This document shows positions 13,729 through 27,084 of a DNA stretch of 64,000 bases, one piece after another. The position numbers and the translations under genes are program-made. The stretch is taken from the NCBI GenBank assembly GCA_001949185.1, contig BDGG01000001.1, positions 1,360,263-1,424,262 on the forward strand, written 5' to 3'. Source of the stretch: Ramazzottius varieornatus (lineage: Eukaryota; Animalia; Tardigrada). The notes below the pieces were generated by a model. The model did no database searches. It was not told the origin of the DNA and saw nothing but the letters and a program-made list of their open reading frames with translations. The stretch's first letter is position 1, and each line of letters starts with the position of its first letter.

Positions 13729-14508
13729 TCACCCCGGGAACGGCCGGCTGCATTCAAAAGCGCATGTCGTATCGGCTACACTTTTTCCGTTATAAGCACA
13801 ACCGGCGGGCGGTGGGCCCCGCTCCCTTGTGCAGAACGCAATCTGCAGTTCAGCCGTCCCGTCACTACAGTCTATGCCGCACGTCAGCGTTGTAGGATCA
13901 GGCTCTCCATTACCGTTATACACGCAGCCGGCTGGAGCTGGACCGCGTAACTGGACGCACTTGGCAATCTGTGATTGACTTGGTGTGGGGGCCACCGTCG
14001 GCACCACCGTCATCGGACCAGTAATTGTCTCAGCCGTTGTAATGGGCGTAGACATCGGTGACATAGTTGATGGTGGCGTGAAGAGGTAGTAGGAATCCCC
14101 CACGAAGTTGTCCCTGACGCTTTGGTCGTCGACGGTGAAATCTGAAGTTAAGTAGGGAGGATTTACAGCATTGAACGTTCCCAGAAAGGGTGACGGCTGA
14201 AAGTCGCTTGAGATGCCAGAACAGTCCAGGATGCAGCTGAGCACCCGATTTGTGGATGGGTCGACGACAGATGGCGTGTACGCGCAGCCACTGGGAGGAT
14301 TGACGCCAGAGAGGGCAGTACAGATAACGTTAGCGGAGGTGGATTGTTGCGGAAGGTTCGCGGTGTACTGGAAAACAACAGGGTTTATCAGGGAATTTTG
14401 GCTCGGAAGAGCGGCTTGGCGAACATGACGTAACAATGGAATATTTTGTGCTTCAAGTGGTGCACCTGCAGCCGACGCTAGAAACAGTAATAATACAGCG
14501 AGTGTCAT
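13729..14508 (-). CDS. Orphan secreted protein, 259 aa, with three copies of a 4-Cys module and a Thr/Pro linker
   Basis: Signal peptide MTLAVLLLFLASAAG, furin-like RHVR site, and three C-x4-G..P.GC.Y...D..T..C.[LIF][DE]CS modules. Confidence 0.75.
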   Translation of the reverse strand: MTLAVLLLFLASAAGAPLEAQNIPLLRHVRQAALPSQNSLINPVVFQYTANLPQQSTSANVICTALSGVNPPSGCAYTPSVVDPSTNRVLSCILDCSGISSDFQPSPFLGTFNAVNPPYLTSDFTVDDQSVRDNFVGDSYYLFTPPSTMSPMSTPITTAETITGPMTVVPTVAPTPSQSQIAKCVQLRGPAPAGCVYNGNGEPDPTTLTCGIDCSDGTAELQIAFCTRERGPPPAGCAYNGKSVADTTCAFECSRPFPG

Positions 14509-14670
14509 GATACGTTAACGGGTAACAACAAAAAGAAATTGGAATCTATTCGCTCTAAGGTGTAAACATTCGAGGACAACGAAAACACACAGTCGGCGAT
14601 CGACTTGCAATGTTTATAAAACAAACAAAGCAGTCCTCAACGGAACTGGGATGTCGGACAAAATTTTCTA

Positions 14671-15216
14671 CGTTTCTCCAATAAAACAGCTAATAACACA
14701 ACGCAACAGTAAACAAAACAACCACGCGAATAAGCTTATGATTAGAAAATAAGCACAGCTTATTTGTTCTAAATTTGGTTTAAAACTCTTTTCGCCCTAA
14801 AATACGATATTAATAGGGGAACGAAGGTGGGAAACGGCTGGCGATATGGAAGCTTGCATACAGTTCGCAAGACTCCCAGCGGAGGTTAGTAATTGATAAC
14901 GAAGACCCACAGAAAATGAAGGGAAGGTGGGCGGAAAAATGCGAGGGGCTCGCAGAATGAAGAATGGATTGAGAGATGGCTTGGTCATCGATGGTCATGG
15001 TCAAATAACGCTAACTCGAACGCTCACATGGAATGCGTCCTGAGGAAAAATATGAGAAGAAAACTCGAAGAAGGAGGATGAAATCGCTCCACAGTTAACA
15101 CTTAACCGCAAATAAGCTGTGCTTATTTTCTAAACATAAGCTTATTCGCGTGGTTATTTGCGTGGTTGTTTTGTTTACTGTTGCGTTGTGTTAGTTGCTG
15201 TTTTTTCGGAGAAACG
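14671..15216. mobile_element. MITE-like element with ~95-bp inverted arms
   Basis: CGTTTCTCC...AACACAACGCAACAGTAAACAAAACAACCACGCGAATAAGCTTATG is mirrored at ~15109-15216. TSD not clear. Confidence 0.6.
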
Positions 15217-15737
15217 GAGCGACGACATGAAGTGAGATCGTTGACTTTCTCTTTCCAGACTATTCAAAAAAAGGAGCAAAACCGAGATGGTAAACTTAAT
15301 TACTCATATGAGTGATAGCAAGAAATGAGAACAAAGCGCGTTGCAGCACTGAATGGGGTACTACGGTACAACGTTGAATCAATACTACAGTATATAAGAG
15401 ATGGTAACGGTAAGCGCACGCTGGGACGAAGACCGGTGACTGCGTGATTTCGTCGGACAGAACAATATAGACCTTTTTTTGCACCAAGATTTTACTGTGC
15501 ATGTTTTAACAGAGTACAGCTCTTGTTTTCTCCGGCCTGTTCTGAGGGAAAAGAGGCGGAAAAACGAATATCAGATCCTCCGATATGGGTTTGCGTTTTT
15601 CTGACGTACAGCTTTGAAAAACCATACATTTGTTTTGGGTCAAAAGTTTAGTCTGATTTCTTTTTTTGTAACATAGGCCATGCCACGTATGCTCCCTTCA
15701 AACGCCTGCGTGGAATTCCCGATCGCGCTTTCAGTTA

Positions 15738-15947
15738 CTGTACTCCCGCGATACACACGCCATACTCGTACGTACGTCAGGAATGTGCACCTCCCGGGGG
15801 CAGAAAATTAGAACTTTATTGAATCAATAATCAGTCGAAAAGCTGTACTCTAAAGAGGAATCTTCCGCCACTTCGTCACTTTTTTACTTGCAGTACTACT
15901 TTTCCTAATACAGAGGGAAGTATGGCGTGTGTATCGCGGGAGTACAG
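15738..15947. mobile_element. 210-bp MITE, Tc1/pogo-type (TA TSD)
   Basis: 29-bp TIR CTGTACTCCCGCGATACACACGCCATACT, with TA on both sides. Confidence 0.75.
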
Positions 15948-17038
15948 TAATTTATAGAAACGGTTTTTCTTGGTGCCCATTTCTGTGATCTCTAACTTTT
16001 TTCAGAAGAGGAAAGGCTGTGGCCTATCCGAACCCGTAACAACTACGCAAACAACCATGTGTGAGAGCTCAAAGATCGTGCTGTCAAAGAGCTGTTTCGG
16101 CTTTCTCTTAGAACCTTGGCTGCGAAGAACAGCCAGGTCGTATCAATAATAACTTGATCCCCTCCCCGTCAGAAAGTATAGGTGCATGACACAGAAACGT
16201 GTGCCATGCATCCATGGAGAAAGCGAAAATTTTGAAACCTCGACCCGTAAACGATAAGGCCTGGGTATACCATGAAAGTCACCACTAATTGGGTATCTGC
16301 ATACGAGAACGCGTGCATAGTGTTTTTCCTCCGAATCGGTCTTTTATGATATCAGGTTCTTTTGAACACTAAACTGTACCATACTTTGCATTTGCTACCA
16401 TTCGCTACCAAAATGAACGTTGTACCAATGTCCGAAAAATTTAAGGGTTCGAATCGAAAATGCAGAGGTCTAGTCCAGCCAGTCTTAGCGTAAGTAGCGT
16501 GCGATTTCTGGAGACCCGCACGTGCAACTGCCTGTACATTGGCTTGTTTCCAACACCTTTCTCTTGATTGATTGATTGATTAAGTAGACGTGTGCAGCAC
16601 GCTGCACAGCGTGTGTGCGCGGATCAGCCCCATGGCTGTCACTTTCGGAGCTTTCAGAGATATGTGCGTAACTTCTTTGCCTTTGGTCGGATAAGCTTTC
16701 TGCAAACGAATCCAGGTTCCGGGATGTCTGCTTAATGATGGCAGACACGCGCATCAAAAACTTGTCGGGGGAGGAAACACGAATACTCGATTCCTGAACA
16801 ATTTGGTCCGACACCTTTGGACGCGGTCTTGTATGCAGAAACCCACTTGTTCTCATCGATCGAGTGAGGAAACATAAGCAAAGCAAATTCAAGGCCTCTG
16901 TCTTCAAGAGTTTTTTTACCTTTTTTTTATAGCCCAAGCCATACAGCACAAGCCAGTCACTCATTCCTAAGAAAAGAATAAGTGTCTTTTAGCACAAAAA
17001 CGCGAAGCCCTAGTCAATATTGAGCGCTGCTTCTTCCC

Positions 17039-17499
17039 CAGGGATGAGCAGTTTTGGAGCGGCGTAGCGCTTTTGGACCAGTTTTTCGCTTCGCTACGCT
17101 GTACAGCGAAACTATAGCGGAACTGGGCACACCCAGATCTATCCAGAGGAAGCGATAATTGAGCTATAGCGGAAATAGCGGAATTTGAGCCAAAACCGGT
17201 GAAAAACTGGGTCCTCATTGAATATTCATCACGTGAAATTCGAGTTTATCGGACTTTTAAACATGTCTGATCTTGTTTCGAGCTTCAAATCAACAAGCCC
17301 TTACTGTGCTAATCAGTTTCTGTTATGGAAAAACAGCCGAAAATCAATACTTTTTCTTGCACACAAGGAAATTTTCTGTAGCGGTAGCAAAGCGGATAGC
17401 GGACTTTTATGTCCCATAGCCGGTCATAGCGAAGCGCTCCAGCGTCATTAAAGCGGTAGCGAAGCGGACAGAATCAAACCGCATAACTGTTCATCCCTG
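17039..17499. mobile_element. hAT-type MITE
   Basis: TIR CAGGGATGA(G/A)CAGTT. 8-bp flanks TTCTTCCC / TCCTTCCC match at 7 of 8 positions. Internal TAGCG(G) subterminal repeats. Confidence 0.75.
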
Positions 17500-18789
17500 T
17501 CCTTCCCTCGTTTGTCCTATTTTCTCTTCTCAGTGGTTCGCTTCGATCGTGGTTGTGAAAAATTGTAGAGAGCTTTGGGTTCATGTTGAGGACCATAGAA
17601 ACTAAATAAGTTGCTCTGCGTTGCCAAAAACGGTTAGCGAAAGAGTGCTTTCAGAAAACTTAAAGTAACGTTAGACCTGATAGAAAATGATCACGGAACT
17701 CTGGATTCGTGAATCCACCAACTTCCGTAACAGCACCGATAGCGAACCGGTGCGCCACCTGCTGGCAAAGCCTTTGGCGCGACGCTGGGCACTTGGATAA
17801 TACGGAGGAGGAAATTTGTCTGGGCGGTCCATTTCCAAGATGGACTTTGAATTACAACCGTTTGCAGCAATAGCCCATCGTGATCGCGGCAGGAGATGGA
17901 AAGGAAGTTTGGGGCCGATTGAGTTAAATGTAGCGAGACAAAGCTTTCTTGGACTGTGTCTTCAAGACGTACTTGCATCGATTTCCATCGACTATCTTGT
18001 ACTTCTTCCCTCCTCCTTATCCTTCTCTCGTCTCACTCTCTCTCGTCTTTTGTCCCACATACCGAAGAAGACACCCCACAGTCTCCATTCCACATTATCC
18101 ACAATCTATTCGTGTTTCACTGCCAATTTCCTAAAACGCTGTGATATCCTTCCATTCATGGCAGTCTAGCCAAAGGTCTAACATTCATTGGATTCCCTTC
18201 GCATCATACCCTTACTCGGACCTGTGTCCTTTTTCCATCGAAACATCTCCAAGATAACCCAATGTTCTACTCCATATTCTGTGCGGACTTTGGAACGGAT
18301 TCTTCAGCTGCTTTCGGCTAGAATTGTACGGGAATGATCTTGTCCAGATTGCTTGGGTTCTGAAGGAGCTATAAATCATTTGGGTGGCTTGTGGATTGTT
18401 TTGACAGTGCAAGGGAATTCAAGTTGGGGAAAGCCAGCTTGGGGTGATCTTATATTGATTCAGCGTATTTATTTGGACTGTACTGCAGTGCTTTACTGCG
18501 CTTTAGCGGCTTCGCACTTGATCTTTTCTTGATCTTTGACGTTTATCGATAATGCGCGACTTTTGATTATCGGTGAGCTGCAAAGCTACACTGCGGAAAC
18601 ACATTGGTAAGCCCTCTTTCGTGTATCGTAACGTAGGAAAAAAACCTGAATGTGCATCGAAGCATTTGAGTAACATCCCTACCTCACGTATCTCAGAATC
18701 CAGAGGGAAATGAATTGTTGCTCTACGTAGACATAATCGTTGCAAATTTGACACTTCTTTTTGATTTTTCTGTAGGGATGAAGTGGAAC

Positions 18790-21700
18790 ATGGATAGCCG
18801 GAGCTTATGGACGATATGGCTCCGGATGCTGTCCTCGACGACGCTCTTGCTTGCTCAACAGCAGCCTTATCCATACCCGTCGCAAGCTCAATCTCAAGCT
18901 CAGCCATATTCACATCCCTATCCTCAAACTCCGGCTCATCCACAGACTCCCGTTGACACATACGGACTGGATAGGTTCGAGTCCGATGCTTCTCACGAAG
19001 TGGTGCCTTGTTACGACCCCAACACCGGAAGACCTCAAAAGTATATCCCTGCCTGTCAAGGCGCTTTCACGAGTGGACTAAACCATCGCAGCATAACTGG
19101 AAAGAATACGGCTGAATTTGATATAGTGCACGCACGAAGAGAAAGTCCGGATCAGTAAAAAGTCTGGATCAAGCGAAAACAACGGCAACGTGAAATTCAA
19201 CTGTAGAAAATTGTCGAGAATTGTGTGAAACTGAATGCACTTTCCGACAATTTTCAAAGATTGATTCTTACGGTGCTGTCTTTCGCGCTTGGTCCAAACT
19301 TCTTACTGGTCCGGACTTTCTCTTTGTGCGTGTATTCGAAATTTAAAGGAGAAATCGCTTTGATTCAGTCGAGACAACTCCTTCAGATGAGAATGAACCA
19401 CTGCTGTTATTTTACCACGATGATTTCGTGGCGTTGGCAATCCGTTGGACGCTTAAATACACCTACCTATGTATTTTACAGGTGTCAACCGCCATTCGTG
19501 AATGCAGCTTTTAACCTTCCGGTGGAAGCCACCAACACGTGTGGTGATCCTCCACGGGAATACTGTTTCCAGTCAGGAGCGTCAGGCGCGACCAAATCCT
19601 GCGAGATTTGTGACTCGAGGGATCCCGCTCGCGCTCATCCACCCTCTTTCCTGACCGACTTCAACAACAATGACAACACCACATGGTGGCAAAGTGACAC
19701 TATGCAGGAGCAAGTCCAGTATCCCAACATGGTCAACTTGACACTACCCCTCGGTAAGCCCAGTTGTTTCCATTTTCATCTTTTTTCTATTGTTTTGCAC
19801 AACAGACAATACCACCGCGAAGGCTTGTGAAGTGTTTTGAACCAATGGGAATGTGTGAGGAACAGAACTACATTTTGGGAACGATGAACCTTTTCATCAT
19901 TTGAAGGAGAGCAAGTCGAGTATTGGGCAGTTGTTATCGGTGTGAAATCGGAGCCTTCTTGATAATCACGCTGGCTAATCGCAAGATCAACTCATTTCCA
20001 CGTTGAGCCTCTGTTTGTCTTAATGATAAAGGAGAGGTTGTTATCAGATTATACTACAGTTCGAGTGCCAGTTCTAGAGTTTGCTCCCGTGGGAAAGATC
20101 ATTAGCAAACGAGTAAAAAGTATCGAAGCGGAAATTGGCCATCTTTGCAACAAAACAGAAGAAGAATATTTCAAATATTTCAATTTCAAGAATATTAAAA
20201 AAAAGTTTCACACCTTGTTCGTCTTTTCCAGGTAAGGCTTTTGATATTACGTACATCAAACTGAAGTTCCAAACCAGCCGCCCCGAAAGTTTCGCCATCT
20301 ACAAGCGCACAAAAGAAAACGGAGGATGGGTACCTTATCAATATTACAGCGCTACCTGTCGCGGCACTTACGGCTTGCCAGACAGCAATTATATCCGCCG
20401 CGGGGACGAGACCCGAGCCCTATGTACCTCTGAGTTCTCGGATATTTCCCCCATGAACGGTGGGAACATCGCCTTCGCCACCATGGACGCTCGGCCAACC
20501 TCCGTCGAAGACAACCCTGTCATGCAGGAATGGTCAACGGCAACGGACATCAAGATTGTCTTGAACCGACTGAACACATTCGGAGACGAAATCTTCGGCG
20601 ATCCAAACGTCTTGAAGTCGTACTACTATGCCGTCAGTGACTTCGCCGTGGGTGGTCGGTGCAAATGTAATGGACACGCCAAGGAGTGCGTGAAGAGTAC
20701 CGGTTTGGGTCAGGCAGAACGATTGGTATGCCGCTGTGAGCACAACACCGCAGGTGTAGATTGCCAGGAATGCTTGCCTTACTATCAGGACCGACCATGG
20801 GCACCAGCTACCCGCGACAATGCCCAGGAATGCCAAAGTACGAGATATGAAAATCAGTTTTGGCCTTCGAATTAGAGTCGAAAAATTAATGCATTCTCTT
20901 GATATTCCATATCCAAGCAGATCAAATTGCTCACACCAACATAAAAAATAAGGCGTTTTCCTACAATATTCTTTCCATTAAAACCATATACAGATTTAAC
21001 TTTCTGCACTCGCAGTTGGGAGTTCGACAAACCAAATTCGACCAGATTTTTTTCTGAAGTGGCGCATGTTCTCCGTGTAGATGGGTGAAAGCGTGCGTCA
21101 TTTGGCGAACGATCTTGACAAGTTTGTTTGTTTGCCTAGATTCCAATTTACTACCATCGACTGAAATCATAATTTCATCTTTTTTGCAGTGTGTAACTGT
21201 AATGGACTGTCTCAGCGCTGTTTCTTCGACCGGGAGCTGTACGAGCGTACCGGACACGGTGGTCACTGCATCGATTGTTCCGGCAACACCGACGGTCCAC
21301 ACTGCGACCTGTGCAAAGAGAACCACTATCGACGAACGGACGGAAAAGACTGCTTGCCTTGCCAGTGTAACCAGGTGGGAGCCTACAAGTCCCAGTGCAA
21401 CGAAACGGGAGTGTGCGAGTGCAAGCCGGGTGTAGCCGGTAACAAGTGCGACCACTGCGCCGTCAACTTCTTCGAGTTCTCCGTTCGTGGATGTCGTCCT
21501 TGTGGATGCAGTGTGGCTGGCTCGAGAGATAACATACCCAGTTGCACACCTCACACTGGACAGTAAGTTCTAACGTTTCCGATCCAAAACGGTTGTACAC
21601 TGATTCTGATACTGGGATATTCGAATAGGTGCCAGTGTAAGGAGCATGTGGAAGGCCAGAACTGTGACAAATGCAAGCCGGGATACTTCAACCTGGACGA

Positions 21701-24700
21701 AGGAAACCGTTTCGGTTGCCTGTCCTGTTTCTGTAACGGCCACTCTTCCGTCTGTACCAGTTCGACTGATTTCACCAGGACCAGCATCACAAGCGACTTT
21801 GCACGGGGTGTCCACGGTTGGACCGCCGTCACCCAATCCGGTACTGTAAATATCTGACAAGTTGCAGCCCGACACCTAAACCCAACAAGATCGTTTACCC
21901 AAGTGGTGCACTTTGCCAAAGTTATCGGCTGGAAGCGTGCGCCACTTGAAAACGACCAAATTGTTTTACGGACTTTTTCACGTACTCTCCAGCTGGGAAA
22001 GTTTAATGGCTATTTTGTAGGGCGGAACGTGACGCTGGATATTTTGCCAACTGGTCCCAATGGTCTGGGTATCCGCCAAATCGGTAACGACCCAGTGTTC
22101 TTCCTGGCGCCTCCGATCTATACGGGGGATCAGCGACTGAGCTACGACCAGAACCTATCCTTTGCGCTTCGAGCTTCCCAAGAGGGCGCTCGAGCTTCCA
22201 TCCAAGATGTCATTATCGAAGGACGGGGTTACGACACCGAACTGATGCGCATCGCTGTGCCCATCTTCGCACAGGGCAATCCACTGCCCACCAGGGAACC
22301 TCAACAGTATAGCTTTCGGCTACATGAACACCCGGAATATCAATGGAGCCCGCGGTTATCCGCCCTAGAGTTCCAGGTATACGTACCGAATCTTCATGGA
22401 ATATCGTAGAGAAAATTTAAGATCCTCGCAAAATATCACGCTCGCAACTTCCGCAGCGAAAAGTATAGTGCAATAGATATCAGTAGAAAACGTGATTATT
22501 ACTATGGTGCGAAAACAAACTCAAACAGGCTACCGTATGTTTTTATTTCAGAAACTCCTGTCGAATATTTCGGCCATCCGCATTCGCGCCACCTTCGTGC
22601 CTGACGGTACCGGTTACGTCGACGACATTAGTCTCGGATCTGCTGCGCAGATTGGCCACTCTGGTTCTGCCGGTATCGGACAGCTGGCTGCCCACGTTGA
22701 GACCTGTCAGTGTCCGCCCGGCTACATCGGACAGTTCTGCGAAGACTGCGCACCCGGCTTCCGGCGAGCAGTACCCAACGGCGACGCTTTGACACTCTGT
22801 GTGCCGTGTGCCTGTAACAACCACTCCGAGACGTGTGATCGTCGTACCGGCAAATGTTTGTGTCAACACAACACTGCTGGAGAGAACTGCGAGCGTTGTG
22901 CGGCGGGATTTTACGGTCGACCTACCCAAGGAACTCCAGACGACTGCAAAGCATGTCCCTGTCCGAACAACGGACCCTGCGCTCAGCTGGTGAACGGTGA
23001 TGTGGTTTGCGTGGGATGCGCCACTGGATACGCCGGTAAAAGTTCCCATGATAGTTTCACACTTGCAGAATCATCTCCGCTAGTTTTTTTTCCACAGGTC
23101 TGCGTTGCGATATTTGTGCGGATGGATACTTTGGCGATCCGGAAGGCAAGCATGGTCCGAAGACTCCGTGTCAGGCGTGTAGCTGCAACGGGAACATTGA
23201 TCCCAATGCCGTGGGTAACTGCCACCCGTTGACGGGAGCGTGTTTAAAGTGTACACACAACACGACTGGCATCGCTTGCGAAAGTTGCTTACCGGGATTC
23301 TACGGCGACGCCTTGAAGAAGACGTGCCGACCTTGTGAATGTTATCCACAAGGAACTGAAAGCATAAGTGGTACGTGAAATTTCCTATTGTTAATATGAA
23401 GCCGTGTTCGAGTGGTTTCTCAACTGGAGGAAGTTCCAAAACTCTTCCTAAACAGTAGTCACCTGGATGTATGAAATACTGTAGACAAGGATTGTAGTCG
23501 AGCCACATCACCATCATTAAACCAATATGGGAAGCTTCCTCTGTTTCCAAACAACGTACAATTATTAGTCCTCCTCACGACAGGCCGAAAAACTCTGTTG
23601 ATTGTGTTGATCATGAAAGTGAATTACGAAGTCTTGCTTTCAGCTGATCTCTGTCTGCACAGTGCTTCACGTTGCGAGATACCGTTTCACGTATGGGCTT
23701 CTTGATACCTATTAGTGTCGGGGATATCGACAGACAGAGACTAGCCAGAGAGAAAACCATGAATTTCAGCCTAGTCAGGAGGCAAAGTTTGCCTACAAAC
23801 CTACCCCGCAAAACTCGCGCATTTCCGCTCCCGTTTCCGAGACTTTCGAAAAACGCACTTTTGTCTCACTCACGACTAATTTCCGTTGATCAAGCAAACT
23901 CAAATTTTAAATCAACCGTTTGCGACATAAACAGCTCGTCTTGAGGAGGACTATTATGACAATGAGCGGACAACACGAAAACTTTTGTTGTTTTACCAGG
24001 TTCGGTTCTGGATTGTGACAAGACCAGTGGTCAATGTCCCTGCAAAGTCAACGTGGATGGTCGTCGCTGCGACGCTGCCCCTATCGGCTTCTGGAATCTC
24101 GTCATGGGCGAAGGTGGCCAACGCTGTGACTGCGACCCCAAAGGATCGTTCAACAGATCGTGCGATATGTACACCGGACAGTGTTTCTGCCGTGAAGGTA
24201 CCGCGAATATGACTTTTACAAAAGCCAGCAGAAACCCTGATCCTGTTGTTCTTCAAGGTGTCACCGGCCGGAAGTGCGATCAGTGTCTTCCCAATCATTA
24301 CGGTTTCGGTACTACCGGCTGCCGCGCCTGCAACTGCGACCCGCTGGGATCAATCTCCCTCCAATGCAACCTCAACACCGGCCAGTGCGTCTGTCAACCG
24401 GGTGTGGTGGGCAAACACTGCAACCGCTGCCAGGAGAACCGCTACAACATCTCCGCCGGATGCCTGCCCTGTGCTCCATGTTACAACCTCGTGAAGGATG
24501 CTGCCGATGGGTATAGAGAGAAACTGAAGAAGCTAGAGAATGCTCTGGACGCTGTGGCGAATGCGGCTGTAACGGTAAAAGACAGTCTAAAATGCAACAT
24601 TGGAAAACGAACTGAACATGATGATCTCAAGCGGCTCATGATTACACTGTTGTCGGTTGAAGGTCTGCGCCACTTGGGAAAACCTTCATGTTCAGGACAT

Positions 24701-26747
24701 TTGCTGACGTTCCAAACGATCCATTTCTTCTGATATTTGTTGGTGGCGTATGTTTCAGGTGGAAGATTTGGCCGGTTTCAAAGGCAAGATGGACAATTTG
24801 AACGCCCAGATCGACGAGTTGCAGAAGAGCGCGGTGAACGTCATCGGTGTCAACGGAATCACCGCGACGGAGAGCGCGAACTTGGTAGGACGACTTGACC
24901 AGATCATGAAACGGGTTTCGGCCATCGAGCAACGTCTGCATAACACCTCGTCCCTTATCGAGAGCGGAAGAATGTTCGCTAATGATGCCGGGTTCGTCTC
25001 GAGTGAAGCTGAGCGTCTCCTGCAGTTGTGCTTTGACGCTCTGAGTAACACCAGGAATTACTTGGAGAACGAAGCAAGGGAAGCGTTCATGTCCGCGCAG
25101 GACGCCTCGACGAGGTTCGGCCAAACATCTAGTCGCATGTCCGAGGTGAGTCAACCTGTTGTCGAAATGTACAACCTCCCACCCACTTTCACAGTTACCT
25201 TTGTTTTTTAGATTGCAAGAGATGCGCGCTTATTGGCAGGTCAACACGAGCAAGCCGCCCTGGCTATCGTTGCTCTAGCCGATGAAGCTCTGAACTCTTC
25301 CCGCGAAGCCATGCGTCTTCTGACAGACACCGTGGCCAAGAAGAATAACAACTCGGTCGTGCTGGAAGATCTTCGTCGTGAACAAGCGCATCTTCAAGCT
25401 CTTCAGACCCGCGTACAAAACCTGGCTTCCATGGCCAAGGAGGATGCCGACAAGGCCTACAACGAAGCACTGGAGATCTACACGAAAGCCAGTAGCCTCG
25501 CTGTTCCGACCATCGATGTACCGTTCTTGCTGACACAAGCGCAAGCCATCGACAGCAGTTCCCAGCAGATCGCCAACAGTTCCGGAGATTTGCTGAGCGG
25601 GAACGCGCAGCTGATTGACAGTATTAGCTCGCAGAAAGCTCAAGCTTCCCAGATGTTGGCGACGGGAAAAGCGTTGCAGCAAGATACTGATGCCATGTTG
25701 GCCGACATTGACAAAGCCAAGGTAATACTTCATTTCAAGAATGGTATCAATCACAAATTTCAGTAATGAATATCTCGTGTTTGCGCAGGCTGATGCCGAT
25801 AACGCCATTTTGAAAGCGGAAAGTATTTTGAAAGAAGCACGCGATACTCTGCAAACTCTCCAGCAGTTCAATGATGTGGCTCGTCGCAGTGAGGCCCAAG
25901 CCAAACAAGCTATTCAGGATGTTCCAGCCGTGGAGAAAGAAATCGAAGGTGCGCTGAAGAGAAACCAAGAAGCTCGTGAAGTACTTTACGGTGCGGAGAA
26001 CGACGCAAAGCGCGCGAAAGATGTCGCTTTGATCGCCCAGAAAACCGCCGAGGACGCTTCAAAAGTACCGATTGATCATCACCACTAATTGTTAAGTTAG
26101 AAATCCGGGCTCGAAATAGCTAAAGGAATTTTGTTTGCAGATTGCCGGTAAGATAAGGGAGGAATCTGGGCAAGCCAAAAACCTCGCTAGTGGGCTGGAA
26201 GCAAAGGCAAATGGGCTAGCTGTGGATGTTGAGAACGCCAACCGAGAGTTCGAAGGTCTTGCTACACAGTCGTATGCGGAGGAAACGGCGGTGCGAACGA
26301 CCATTGAGAAATCTGGAGAAGCAAAGAGAAAGGTCGAACAAGCCAGGCAGAAGGTGGACACGGCTATGGAGATGGTCGATGATATCCTTTCTCAACTTGG
26401 TATGTACACATCCTCACTTCTGTTTCTGTTTTTGGTCGCTCTGAAGTCGTTCTGAACGGGAATAGTTTACCTGTATGGATATTCTTTTCGTAGGTGGAAC
26501 CGAAGAGATCGAAGGGGGACGGCTGGATACCTTGGCCAAACAACTGACCGAAGCCGAGGATCAGTTGAATAACGCTGATTTGGATCGACGGCTGAAGAAC
26601 CTGACGGCCAGCCGGCAGTCCCAGCAGAAAATGATCAATGACTACACGCTCGAACTGGAGCGCTTGAGGAAGGAAGTGGTCACTCTGGAGTCCATCCGCG
26701 ACTCGTTACCCGAGAGATGTTTCAATAAAATGCGACTGGAAGTTTAA
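18790..26747 (+). CDS. LAMC1: Laminin subunit gamma-1 (LanB2-like), multi-exon
   Basis: Signal peptide, then LN domain ([66 protein letters not shown]). LE repeats, L4 domain, the gamma-type nidogen-binding LE ([12 protein letters not shown]) and a long coiled coil ending CFNKMRLEV follow. Canonical splice sites. Confidence 0.95.
19129..19332. mobile_element. Palindromic MITE in laminin intron
   Basis: CACGCACGAAGAGAAAGTCCGGA ... TCCGGACTTTCTCTTTGTGCGTG. The arms extend almost to the centre. Confidence 0.65.
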
Positions 26748-27084
26748 GCTGGACTTTCTAACGGTTGTTTGTTGCCATTTGATTGCCTTCTCTTAGCATT
26801 TTGGCAGTACGCTGCAATCAATATGCCTTCTTCAAACTAGCATTTACTGTGAACATATACCTTACACTGCTTCGGGTTACCCTTTAGTATCAGTTTAACG
26901 TTTGAATCCTGATTGAGGGTTTACTTGTTTCTGCGTGTTCTAATTTATCATGACTTTCGAAATTTATCACCATTTCGAAAACCATATCACTCAAATAGCC
27001 CCGCGAAGAGCGATTCGAAAAACGGTTACCCTATAGATGTCACGGATAAAGTTGCGCTTGTTGCATCATAAACTGTTCTTAACA

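Noticed and set aside
20961-25904. Long minus-strand ORFs within laminin (20961-21554, 22543-23049, 24642-25154, 25275-25904)
   Set aside because: They are antisense to clear laminin exons and have no motifs of their own.
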